Positions 26,874 through 34,865 of a stretch of DNA of 64,000 nucleotides are shown piece by piece (the stretch's first letter is position 1; each line of letters starts with the position of its first letter). The DNA is from a virus (taxonomy: Duplodnaviria > Caudoviricetes), in the IMG/VR virus record IMGVR_UViG_2830161386_000001, positions 32,001 to 96,000 of that record, one strand, 5' to 3'. The notes below the pieces were generated by a model, which was not told the DNA's origin, did not search any database, and saw only the letters and a program-made list of their open reading frames with translations. Both the position numbers and the translations under genes were made by a program.

Positions 26874-28784
26874 CTACGTAACGATCGTGGCCTCGACCTC
26901 CCCGCGGTTGTACGGGTAGAGGTGGCGAGCGGTCACTTCGTAGATCACGGTGTCCGGGTTCTCCTCGCTCTGCCGCACGTCCTCGACCGAGACGTTCTGG
27001 TAGCGGTAGTGCTCGGACTGGGGATCCGACAGGGTCGTCGCGATCTCCGAGGCCTGAAGCCCCAGCAGGTCGAGGGTCCGGCCGCTGATCCGGAAGTCGC
27101 GGAGGCCCTCGCTCAATTCGTTCCGGAAGAACCGGGAGAGGTAGTCCCGCTCCACAACCAGAATGGCCTCCATGCGCTCCACGGCCGAGGCGTCGGTCGT
27201 GACCGTCCGGAGCGTGTTGACCGGCTCGCCGTCGCGGTCGTTGGCTAGGATGGTCCACCCGGCGGACACAATCTCCTCCAGCTCACTCGGGGTAAAGAAG
27301 CCGGAGCTCCGGAAGACCTGTTCCGTCGAGTCTCGGAGCTGGAAAAACGGCTCGACGCCGGGGGCGGCGCCGGCCGGCTCTTCCCCGGTGCGGCAAAACT
27401 CCGCCGCAAGCTGGGCGGCGGCGTAGTGGCTCGGAACGTCGATCCCCGCGTCCATATCGCCAACGAAGTTCGGCATGACCAGCACCACGCGCTCGTTTTC
27501 GATCGAACGGGCCTTTGCCTTGTGCAGGTCAATAAATTCGGTCCGCTCGGTGGCCGGGTCGATAACGCGAATGGCCTGCCAGGGGCGACTGTCTACCGGG
27601 TTGGCGCCGCCGGCATCGACCTCAATCACGTTTTCGTGCTGGGGGATCGGAAGCGCCTGAATCGTGGCCTCAACGGTCGAGCCGTCGTCGGCCTGAAACT
27701 CAATTCGGTCGTCGCTCTCCAGGGCGCGGGTCGGCGGGGAGATTGCGCTCTCCTCCAGCCCGATCAAAAAGAGGCCGTTGAAGCTAACCGAATAGCTGGT
27801 GCCCCCGAGCGTGACCGTCTCGGCGGTCCCGCTTCCCGAGGGCACGAGCCCCTGGACGTAATACGTCCCGTCGGCGGTTTTCACGATCGTGTATCCGCCG
27901 CGCTCGATCGTGTCGCCGGCCGCCTTGTTGGAGAAGGAGTCGGCCAGGTCGGTGCTCGTGTCGTCCGTGATCGGATACCACGGGGTAAAGCCCCGCCCGC
28001 GGCGCACGACGTCTTCTCCGTCGATTCGGGGCGCGAGCACGGTGAGGCGCTCTTGGTTCCCCCCGGTCGGGTTGCTCATTCGGTTGACGTGGTTTTCGAC
28101 CAGGGAGTGCACCAGCTCGTTGGGCGTGAGCGGCACGACCGTGTAGACGTCCTCTGTCTCCAGGAACTGAAGCACCTCCGAATACGCCCCGGTTACGTTT
28201 TGGACCTGGGCGCTGTACTGCCCCTGCCCGCCGTCGGTTGGGTTCGTGACCGCGACGCCCGCGGCCGCCAGCCCGGAGTACTCCATCGACTGGTACATCG
28301 CGTAGCCAAGCGGGTTGGCCGGCCCGATGCCCGCCTCGCTAAAGAGGCTGGTCAGCTCCTCAAACGATGAAGCGGTGAGAAGCTCCCGCTCGGTTCCGGC
28401 GTACTTGTCGTGCCGGGCGCGGTAGGAGACGTACAGGGCGCCGCTAAACGGGAAGGCGCCCCCGATGTCGAAGTCGCTGGCTGTGACGTTCATCTCGGAG
28501 GTCACGTCCTGCTGGGTCCCGTCTTCGGCCACGAGGGTAAAGGTCGGCGCAAACCGGGAGGTGGTGTCCACCGACAGCTTTTGCGACGGGTCGTTTTCGG
28601 AGCTGGGCAGCCCCGGGTACGGCCACGGGCCGGTGTCGCCCGGCGAAACGTTGGCCACAAACTCTTCCTGAGCGACGTGGTAGTGCTCCCCAATGACGCA
28701 CGGCGTAAGCGCGGGGCTCGTGACCGTAGGCGTCGGCTCCGGGATGTCTACCGAGACAAATACGTCGGGAATTGCAAGGCTCAT
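26874..28784 (-). CDS. Tail sheath protein
   Basis: N-terminal PDVFVS...PCVIG; GPANPLGY; C-terminal sheath motifs (GWTIL...RTVTTD...DYLSR...YPYN.GEV). ATG at 28784 preferred. Confidence 0.9.
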   Translation of the reverse strand: MSLAIPDVFVSVDIPEPTPTVTSPALTPCVIGEHYHVAQEEFVANVSPGDTGPWPYPGLPSSENDPSQKLSVDTTSRFAPTFTLVAEDGTQQDVTSEMNVTASDFDIGGAFPFSGALYVSYRARHDKYAGTERELLTASSFEELTSLFSEAGIGPANPLGYAMYQSMEYSGLAAAGVAVTNPTDGGQGQYSAQVQNVTGAYSEVLQFLETEDVYTVVPLTPNELVHSLVENHVNRMSNPTGGNQERLTVLAPRIDGEDVVRRGRGFTPWYPITDDTSTDLADSFSNKAAGDTIERGGYTIVKTADGTYYVQGLVPSGSGTAETVTLGGTSYSVSFNGLFLIGLEESAISPPTRALESDDRIEFQADDGSTVEATIQALPIPQHENVIEVDAGGANPVDSRPWQAIRVIDPATERTEFIDLHKAKARSIENERVVLVMPNFVGDMDAGIDVPSHYAAAQLAAEFCRTGEEPAGAAPGVEPFFQLRDSTEQVFRSSGFFTPSELEEIVSAGWTILANDRDGEPVNTLRTVTTDASAVERMEAILVVERDYLSRFFRNELSEGLRDFRISGRTLDLLGLQASEIATTLSDPQSEHYRYQNVSVEDVRQSEENPDTVIYEVTARHLYPYNRGEVEATIVT

Positions 28785-28935
28785 AAAGTCGTGTAGTCGA
28801 GGTAGCCGGGGGGCCGGCGTATCGGTAGGTGCAAGTGGCCGCCGTGAAGACGGCATTGAAAAGGTAGTGGCTACATTTCCACTACCGGTGTTCCCCGCCC
28901 TGTGTCCTTATAAAGAAGACTGTGCCACAAAAGGG

Positions 28936-29319
28936 CTACGTGCCGCCCAGCCAGGCAAACACGCCCAGCACGCGGACGACCCCGTAGGCGCACTGGCGGA
29001 GCCACTTCGGGTCTTCCGGGTCCGCGGCAATCGCCGCGTCGGCCACGACCCGCGGCACCGCGTCTTCGGGGCGGTCTTCGATTTCGTCGTAGAGGTAGTC
29101 GTGCAGGGCCATCGCCCGGTGGAGGGCGTAGGGCCGCCCGAGAAGCGAAAGAATCAAGATCGTCTCCGACCACACGCCCGGCTTGCACCGGTAGCCCTCC
29201 GGAATCGTGCGCCGGTAGGTCACGCCCTGATACGTCCACGCGACGGTCGTCTCCTCGTCTACGACTAGGTACTTTCGGTCGTCGGAAATGCGAAACGAGA
29301 GGCCTAGCTTTGAGGGCAT
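28936..29319 (-). CDS. DUF1353-like protein
   Basis: TIPEGY...A.ALHDYLY...ADA...Y..VR.G pattern of DUF1353. Confidence 0.75.
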   Translation of the reverse strand: MPSKLGLSFRISDDRKYLVVDEETTVAWTYQGVTYRRTIPEGYRCKPGVWSETILILSLLGRPYALHRAMALHDYLYDEIEDRPEDAVPRVVADAAIAADPEDPKWLRQCAYGVVRVLGVFAWLGGT

Positions 29320-29339
29320 TTGAAGAAGCCTAGACGGTT

Positions 29340-30080
29340 TTAATCAGAGGACTCCGCGTCCTCAAGGGCGCGCCGTACGGTAACCCGGTCTTCGTTTTCG
29401 AAAAACCCGTCCGGCCACACCCCGCTTCCGTATTCCCCGATGAGCTTCCGGAGCGGCTTGGCGTTCATGTCGCTGGAGGTCTCGACACCGTCTTCAACCG
29501 CGCCCATTTCCTGAAGGGTAGCTAAGATGTTTTCTTGCTCGGCGCCGCCCTCTTCCGAGGCCTCTTCCGCCGAAGCGTTTTCGGCGCCGGCGCTTTCAGT
29601 AGAGGCGCCCTGGCTCTCGTCTTCTTCGGTCGCCGTTTCCTCGGCATCAGACTTTTCAATGTCAGTATCCTCGGCATCAGTCTCCTCGGTAGCAGCCTCT
29701 TCAGTAACAGCTTCCTCAGTAGCACCCTCTTCAGAAACCGCCTCTTCCTCGCCCTGACTTGTTTCGGGGGCCGTTTCTACAAGGCCAAGCACCTCTTCTT
29801 TCTTTCGGACCCGGCCGTCTACGTTGCTTGTCACGGACGTTTGCGTGCTGCTTTCGATTTTGAGGCCCCGCTCCCGCAGGGTGCGCTCGGTCACCATCGC
29901 TCCGCTCTCCCGGTGCACGCGAAGGTCCCCGGACCGGATGCCCTTCAGCACATCGGAGGTCAGCTCCTCGACCTGCATCGTGTCGGTCGGGTAGAGGCGG
30001 GTGCCGCTGACGTTTAGCACGCGCCGGTCCGAGGGGCTACCGGGCGTGGAGGCTTGGGTCGTGTTTTGAACGGTAAACAT
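29340..30080 (-). CDS. Acidic hypothetical protein with pentapeptide low-complexity tract
   Basis: 246 aa; EEAVS/EEGAT/EEAVT/EEAAT/EETDA 15-bp-period repeats at about 29620-29750. Confidence 0.7.
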   Translation of the reverse strand: MFTVQNTTQASTPGSPSDRRVLNVSGTRLYPTDTMQVEELTSDVLKGIRSGDLRVHRESGAMVTERTLRERGLKIESSTQTSVTSNVDGRVRKKEEVLGLVETAPETSQGEEEAVSEEGATEEAVTEEAATEETDAEDTDIEKSDAEETATEEDESQGASTESAGAENASAEEASEEGGAEQENILATLQEMGAVEDGVETSSDMNAKPLRKLIGEYGSGVWPDGFFENEDRVTVRRALEDAESSD

Positions 30081-30122
30081 ATCAGGTCGTAAGGGGTCGT
30101 GATTTGTTCACGTGAGCCGCCG

Positions 30123-30138
30123 AGTCCCAGCTGGGACT
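30123..30138. promoter_or_regulatory. 16-bp palindrome copy 4 (perfect)
   Basis: Intergenic, 42 nt upstream of the start at 30080. Confidence 0.85.
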
Positions 30139-30222
30139 GGCGTTTGTTTCTGTTTTTTAACCTATGAAGCCCTCGCCCGGCCGTTGATGCGCTTTGGGCG
30201 CGGGCTTTCGGCCCCGCCTCCT

Positions 30223-30936
30223 TCAGCTCACCTTATCCGCCACGGCGCGGGCGGAGGACCCCTGCTCGACAAACTTTAGGATCAGGTTCTGCCGCAGGTC
30301 GTGGCCCTTTCGCTTCGTGGGCCGCCGCTTGACGACGCGAAACACCTCCCGGTCTCGGTCCCGGACCAGGTGGTCTCCGATGTCGACTTCGGGGTAGGCG
30401 CCGGTCCATGCCTTGAGCTGAAGGGTCTCGATTTCCCCGCCCTGCGTTTCTTTTGGCTCCGGCTCCCCGGCCCCGATGCACGCCCGAAAAGAAATAGGCG
30501 CGGACCACCCGCCGATGTATCCGTTGCCCCCGCACGTGTCGCAATCCGACCGCTTGCGCACCCGGCGCACCTCGTCCCAGCAATCCGGGCAGCGCTCCCC
30601 CTCTTTTTCCTCGAAGAGATGCATCTTTTCCCCGACCCGCCGGAGGTGGCGCTCCGTTTGGCGGCGGATGTGGGCGGTCTTGTGGCCGACCGGCGGCCCC
30701 GGCGCGACCGGCCCAAGGGTTTTTCCCTGAGCCTCGACTTGGTAGTAGGTTTCGTCCCGCCGGCCTTTTTTTGGCGGGGTGTCTACGTACCGGCTTACGT
30801 TTTGCAGGCTGGCAATCTCCTCAAACCCGCCGGACTGCCGCGCCGAGCGCTTTACAACCGCGTCTGTGACGGCGCCCCACCGCAGGACGATGCGGCGGCG
30901 GTCTAAAACCTGCGCGTCGAGATCGAGGCCAGGCAC
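30223..30936 (-). CDS. Neck / head-closure protein with Zn-finger
   Basis: GERCPDCWD...CDTCGGNGYIGGW; C-terminal P.V..GD..V...R.F.V closure-like barrel. Confidence 0.7.
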   Translation of the reverse strand: MPGLDLDAQVLDRRRIVLRWGAVTDAVVKRSARQSGGFEEIASLQNVSRYVDTPPKKGRRDETYYQVEAQGKTLGPVAPGPPVGHKTAHIRRQTERHLRRVGEKMHLFEEKEGERCPDCWDEVRRVRKRSDCDTCGGNGYIGGWSAPISFRACIGAGEPEPKETQGGEIETLQLKAWTGAYPEVDIGDHLVRDRDREVFRVVKRRPTKRKGHDLRQNLILKFVEQGSSARAVADKVS

Positions 30937-31008
30937 GTCGCTCCGTGAAAGCTAGTAGCCGGGCGTCCCGGCAAAGAGGCGTGCAAAGAAGAGGCGGTGC
31001 AGAAGGGG

Positions 31009-31803
31009 TTAGTGGAGGTGGTCCCCAAACGCTCCGTTGCCGTAGCGCTCGTCGATGGACATCCCGCCCCAATAGCGCTGGGCGTTGGAGGCGGCTTTGT
31101 ACTTCTGCTTTTTCTTCTCGTACTCCGCGTTGAGGCGCTGGGCGAACTGCATAAAGGCCGGGGCGTGGGAGTTCTCCTCCGCCGAGAAGCCCTGGTCGGA
31201 GTAGCTGTATTGGTTTCGCCCCTCGGATTGGGCGGCAGACCGGAGCGTCTCAACCGCCGTCTTTTGGTAGAGAAGCCGCCGGGCCTCGACCGGGAACTGG
31301 TCTAGGTCGTGGCTGGTGTGGGGCTGGGTGGAGTTCCAGTCCGAGAGGGCCGAGCGGACCGCCCGGCGCATGTCATCGAAACTCGACTGAAGCTCCCCGA
31401 AGTTCAGCTCGTTGTCCGAGGGCCGGTCCCGGAGAAACTGCCGGGCCATAAACGCGGCGCGCCGCATCGAGAGGTCCTCCGGCTCCGCGTAGATGTCGCC
31501 TACTGGCAGGGTGTATCCCCGCTTGAGCACAAGCCCGTCGCTGGTGTCGATGGTGGCGGTTACGCGGTAAAACGTCCCGCTCTCCCCAGCCCCAACGATG
31601 GCCTCTGTAGACCCGCCGGCGGCCGATACAGACCCGAAAGAAAGGTCTCCGGCGGGGTCTCCGGCCCAGCTGGCCGAGCTGATCTGGTCGGTGTCCGCCA
31701 ATCGGTCGGAGAAGTCGATCTCGTGGCGGACCTTTTCGTCGGGGTCTTTGCGGGGCGCGTGGGCCCAGTTCGAAAACTCTTCGCCTCCAAATACAGCGGG
31801 CAT
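31009..31803 (-). CDS. Head-tail adaptor (neck) protein with N-terminal fibre-adaptor-like domain
   Basis: N-terminal KDPDEK..HEIDFSD.L...G..G..Y.VT..I.TS.G domain; C-terminal RQFLRD.P..NEL...ALSDWN..P...RNQYSYSDQG adaptor-like domain. Confidence 0.65.
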   Translation of the reverse strand: MPAVFGGEEFSNWAHAPRKDPDEKVRHEIDFSDRLADTDQISSASWAGDPAGDLSFGSVSAAGGSTEAIVGAGESGTFYRVTATIDTSDGLVLKRGYTLPVGDIYAEPEDLSMRRAAFMARQFLRDRPSDNELNFGELQSSFDDMRRAVRSALSDWNSTQPHTSHDLDQFPVEARRLLYQKTAVETLRSAAQSEGRNQYSYSDQGFSAEENSHAPAFMQFAQRLNAEYEKKKQKYKAASNAQRYWGGMSIDERYGNGAFGDHLH

Positions 31804-31826
31804 TGTATAGGAAAACCTAATTCGTT

Positions 31827-31842
31827 AGTCCCAGCTGGGACT
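31827..31842. promoter_or_regulatory. 16-bp palindrome copy 5 (perfect)
   Basis: Intergenic, 23 nt upstream of the start at 31803. Confidence 0.85.
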
Positions 31843-31861
31843 GAGCCCCGTTTCGGGGGAG

Positions 31862-32557
31862 TTACTCAAACACAGGAAGGTCGCCAGCAGGCCTCGCGTC
31901 GAGAACGGTAATGCCGCTTAGGCCCTCCAGCACCGACGGGTCCTCGGTCCGGATCGCCCCGACTTTTCGTCCGTCGAGCGTGCCGCCGGTAAAAGCCTCC
32001 TCCTGCTCGTCGTAGGTGGGCGGGTCGCTGTAAAACTCCCCGATCCAGTGCACGCCGTTGTCGTACAGAAGCGTGGGCTCGCCGTCAATCTCTTCTTCGT
32101 GGGCCAGTCCTACTTCCTTCATTGCGCCGTTGAAGTCCGCCTGGGTGCTGGCTTTGACCCAGACGGTCTGGTAGTCCGGAAGGGCTCCGGGGCCGGGCGT
32201 GTTGTCCTCCAGAGTAACTTCATGGGTCCGCTCTACCTCTTCTCCACTGGAATCGAGCCACTTCCGCGTAACCGTGTACCCTTCCTTGTGCTTCGTGGAC
32301 CACGTGTCGATGCGGATCGCCTGGGTCCAGTTCTTGTCCAGGTCCAGACCAAACTCCGGCAACGCTTCGCTCCAGGGAAGCCCCTGATCGGAGGGCGCCT
32401 CGTTCCAGTTGTCCGCGGCCGCTTCGGTTCCGCCCTGGGGCAAGTCCCCGTGGGAAATGATTCCCTGCCACGCCCGGCCATACTCCTCAAAATAGGAGCG
32501 TTGGCCTTGCTTGATGGCGTCGAAGTGATTTTGGAAGCGGTCGTCTTGAATTGCCAT
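31862..32557 (-). CDS. Hypothetical two-domain protein, likely fibre-associated
   Basis: 231 aa, acidic. The C-terminal half (VWVKASTQADFNGAMKEVGL) resembles the N-terminus of the 151-aa gene at 37371 (LLTKTPDFQTFKQDMLDAGL). Confidence 0.65.
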   Translation of the reverse strand: MAIQDDRFQNHFDAIKQGQRSYFEEYGRAWQGIISHGDLPQGGTEAAADNWNEAPSDQGLPWSEALPEFGLDLDKNWTQAIRIDTWSTKHKEGYTVTRKWLDSSGEEVERTHEVTLEDNTPGPGALPDYQTVWVKASTQADFNGAMKEVGLAHEEEIDGEPTLLYDNGVHWIGEFYSDPPTYDEQEEAFTGGTLDGRKVGAIRTEDPSVLEGLSGITVLDARPAGDLPVFE

Positions 32558-32598
32558 AGTAAGTTGAACTTTGTACCGCGCTCAGCGAGCGCAGGAGA

Positions 32599-34845
32599 TT
32601 ACACGCTAGAGGTAATCACGTCATTCCACGAGAAGCCGTTGCCGCTGTTGTACGGATCAGCAGACGGCCACTGGAGGGATTCACCCTTGGAGGGGTCTGC
32701 ATACTCAACAACAATTTGATGCACGACAACGTCACCGGGGTCCTCCCCCTTCCCGATGCAAAATCGTTGGCCCGTATCGAGCATGCTGTCATTTGTCGTT
32801 TGGGTGTTCGCACTGCCCCCATCAAGCCGAGCGTGCATCTCCTTGTTGCTGTTCGTAAACCACCCTTCAATGAACACAGTCTCTCCTGTCGAAAAAATTG
32901 AAGGGGCTACAGCTGCTCTTTGGGCACCAGCATCGTGCTTTAGAAAAATTACATCACCAGTATCGCTCGTTCGAAGGCCCCAGCCGCTCTCCTCGAAGCT
33001 CGACTTCTGGACGATATTTACTCTGGCAAACGTATTCACCGTAATCCAGGCAGCAGCGTACACATCTCTGCCTTCGTGCGAGGGAAACGGCTCCCTAGCG
33101 TGCTCCTCGCTATTCGCCCCGAGATACTGGCCGCTCTGCAACCCAAACTTCGAATCACTCGTAGACGCCTGTACGCTATTCACGTCCCCAAACTCGTCGG
33201 CCCACGTCCCCCGAACCCGATTCGGCAGCGGCTCTCCCGCCGACCAGTTGTTGTAGTCCACGAACACCTCCAGGTTGCGGAGGAGTTTCGGCTTCTGTTC
33301 GAGGTGGTTCTTCTGGCTGGTGGAGAGGGGCGCGGGATGGGCGGCGATGCGGCGGATGCCGAAGGACGCGCCATTGACATTGACATTACTTCCCATATCG
33401 GGTATAACCTGCAACTCTTCTATTTCTTCGTTATTTGGCCCCTGAACATCCGTATTGTCTGCAACCCTGTAAACGCCATCCTCATCTGTGTCTACTCCGT
33501 TTACTTTTACTCCAGTAAAGTAGCCAGTAAGACCTGATTCTTGTCCAGTATTATCCGAGGGACCGAGATTGAGATTGGCTTTATAATACACGCCCCCTTG
33601 ACTATTATCATACTCTCCGGCAGCATACTGACTGACTTCAAACATCCCCCCACTCGTCACCCCGGTCGGCCAGTCCACCGGCATCCCGTTGATCTCGTCA
33701 GCGGCGCGGGTGCGAGTACCCACGGAGTAGTCCGGCGGCCCGGTGAAGATCGGGTGGGCGCGGTAGACCTCATCGGCGTAGCCGTTGCCGTCCTCGGCGG
33801 CGGGGCCGTGGCGGATCATCGTTACGCCATCAATAATGATAGAGCCAGTTGCGGACGGCTCGTCAACATTATCAACGGTGGTCGCCCAAGCTGGCGATAT
33901 CTGAATTTGTGAGTTACTGCTACCTGAATTATCGTTGTTTACAGTAACAAGAACCCACCACCACCCAGGTGTCGAAATAATCTCGACGGCACCGGCGTCC
34001 TTCTTCTGTATATAATCGCCAGTTACAGGATCAAATACTATTGATGCTTCAAGAGTGCTTCCATTTCCAAAAATGGACCCCCGAACCTCAACTGTCGCAT
34101 TAGTTGAGGACGCCTTTTTTATGAAGGCTATATAGGTGACACCGTTGTTGTCATCGGGGACAGTAGTGTTAAATATTGCACTTCCTGCATTATTGGAGTC
34201 GGCGTCTTCTAGCTCCGACGCTGCGCTTTGTCCGTCTATGCCTGTTTTGGACGTAGAGGGTACTGTTACATTGCTAAGATTCCATCCACTAGATGACAGA
34301 TCCCGCCCCGCGTCAACGAGATTCGTATGCTCCTTCTCGAACCACCCCATGCGCTGTCCCGTCACCGGGTCGTGATGGATCGCCACCTCGCCCGCAGGCA
34401 CTTCTTTCCAGTTCCCGTCTGCGCCAAGCACGGTCGCCTTCGAGGTGCGCGTGTGGTGGTCCTTTACCTTCTGCGGCACGACGCCCTCCCTGAAATCCAA
34501 ATCAAACGACGGGTTGATCTTCAGCCCGTCCTGGTCGGTCAGGCCGCACTCGTCCCAGATGTCGTCATTCAAGAGTTCGACCTGCTGGACGTTGCCCCCA
34601 TTTGCTGACAGGTCCACCGAGCGCCAGGGCTCGGGGAGGACCACTTCGGTTTTGGTGTTGGAGACGGGCGTGGTGTTCCCGTTGTAATTGGTGTACGCCG
34701 TGAGGTCGTACTCGCCGGGGCGAACGAGGGCGTTGGCCCACCGAGCATGGACCTCTTGCGAGGCGCTGGGTTGATCGGAATGGTCGGACAGAGGGCGCTC
34801 CGTGCCGCCGGGGCGCTTTGCTTTTACGTTGGTGGTCTTAGACAT
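32599..34845 (-). CDS. Fibre/spike protein: TRxS...EHTN module, variable beta-sandwich domains and C-terminal LamG-like domain
   Basis: TRTSKATVLGADG..KEVPAGE...HHDPVTGQRMGWFEKEHTN is the common phage spike/fibre motif TRAS..T..D..G....A..EPR...DP.TG..LGL.E..RTN. A later PI..TRAAD motif is present. The C-terminus is concanavalin-like. Confidence 0.75.
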   Translation of the reverse strand: MSKTTNVKAKRPGGTERPLSDHSDQPSASQEVHARWANALVRPGEYDLTAYTNYNGNTTPVSNTKTEVVLPEPWRSVDLSANGGNVQQVELLNDDIWDECGLTDQDGLKINPSFDLDFREGVVPQKVKDHHTRTSKATVLGADGNWKEVPAGEVAIHHDPVTGQRMGWFEKEHTNLVDAGRDLSSSGWNLSNVTVPSTSKTGIDGQSAASELEDADSNNAGSAIFNTTVPDDNNGVTYIAFIKKASSTNATVEVRGSIFGNGSTLEASIVFDPVTGDYIQKKDAGAVEIISTPGWWWVLVTVNNDNSGSSNSQIQISPAWATTVDNVDEPSATGSIIIDGVTMIRHGPAAEDGNGYADEVYRAHPIFTGPPDYSVGTRTRAADEINGMPVDWPTGVTSGGMFEVSQYAAGEYDNSQGGVYYKANLNLGPSDNTGQESGLTGYFTGVKVNGVDTDEDGVYRVADNTDVQGPNNEEIEELQVIPDMGSNVNVNGASFGIRRIAAHPAPLSTSQKNHLEQKPKLLRNLEVFVDYNNWSAGEPLPNRVRGTWADEFGDVNSVQASTSDSKFGLQSGQYLGANSEEHAREPFPSHEGRDVYAAAWITVNTFARVNIVQKSSFEESGWGLRTSDTGDVIFLKHDAGAQRAAVAPSIFSTGETVFIEGWFTNSNKEMHARLDGGSANTQTTNDSMLDTGQRFCIGKGEDPGDVVVHQIVVEYADPSKGESLQWPSADPYNSGNGFSWNDVITSSV

Positions 34846-34865
34846 AAGGGGTTCCTAATTCTTGG

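Noticed and set aside
31663-31675. Partial CCCAGCTGG matches (also near 3890, 8193, 53108, 56773)
   Set aside because: Only 7-9 nt match and the GGGACT arm is missing, which is compatible with chance. Not counted as palindrome copies.
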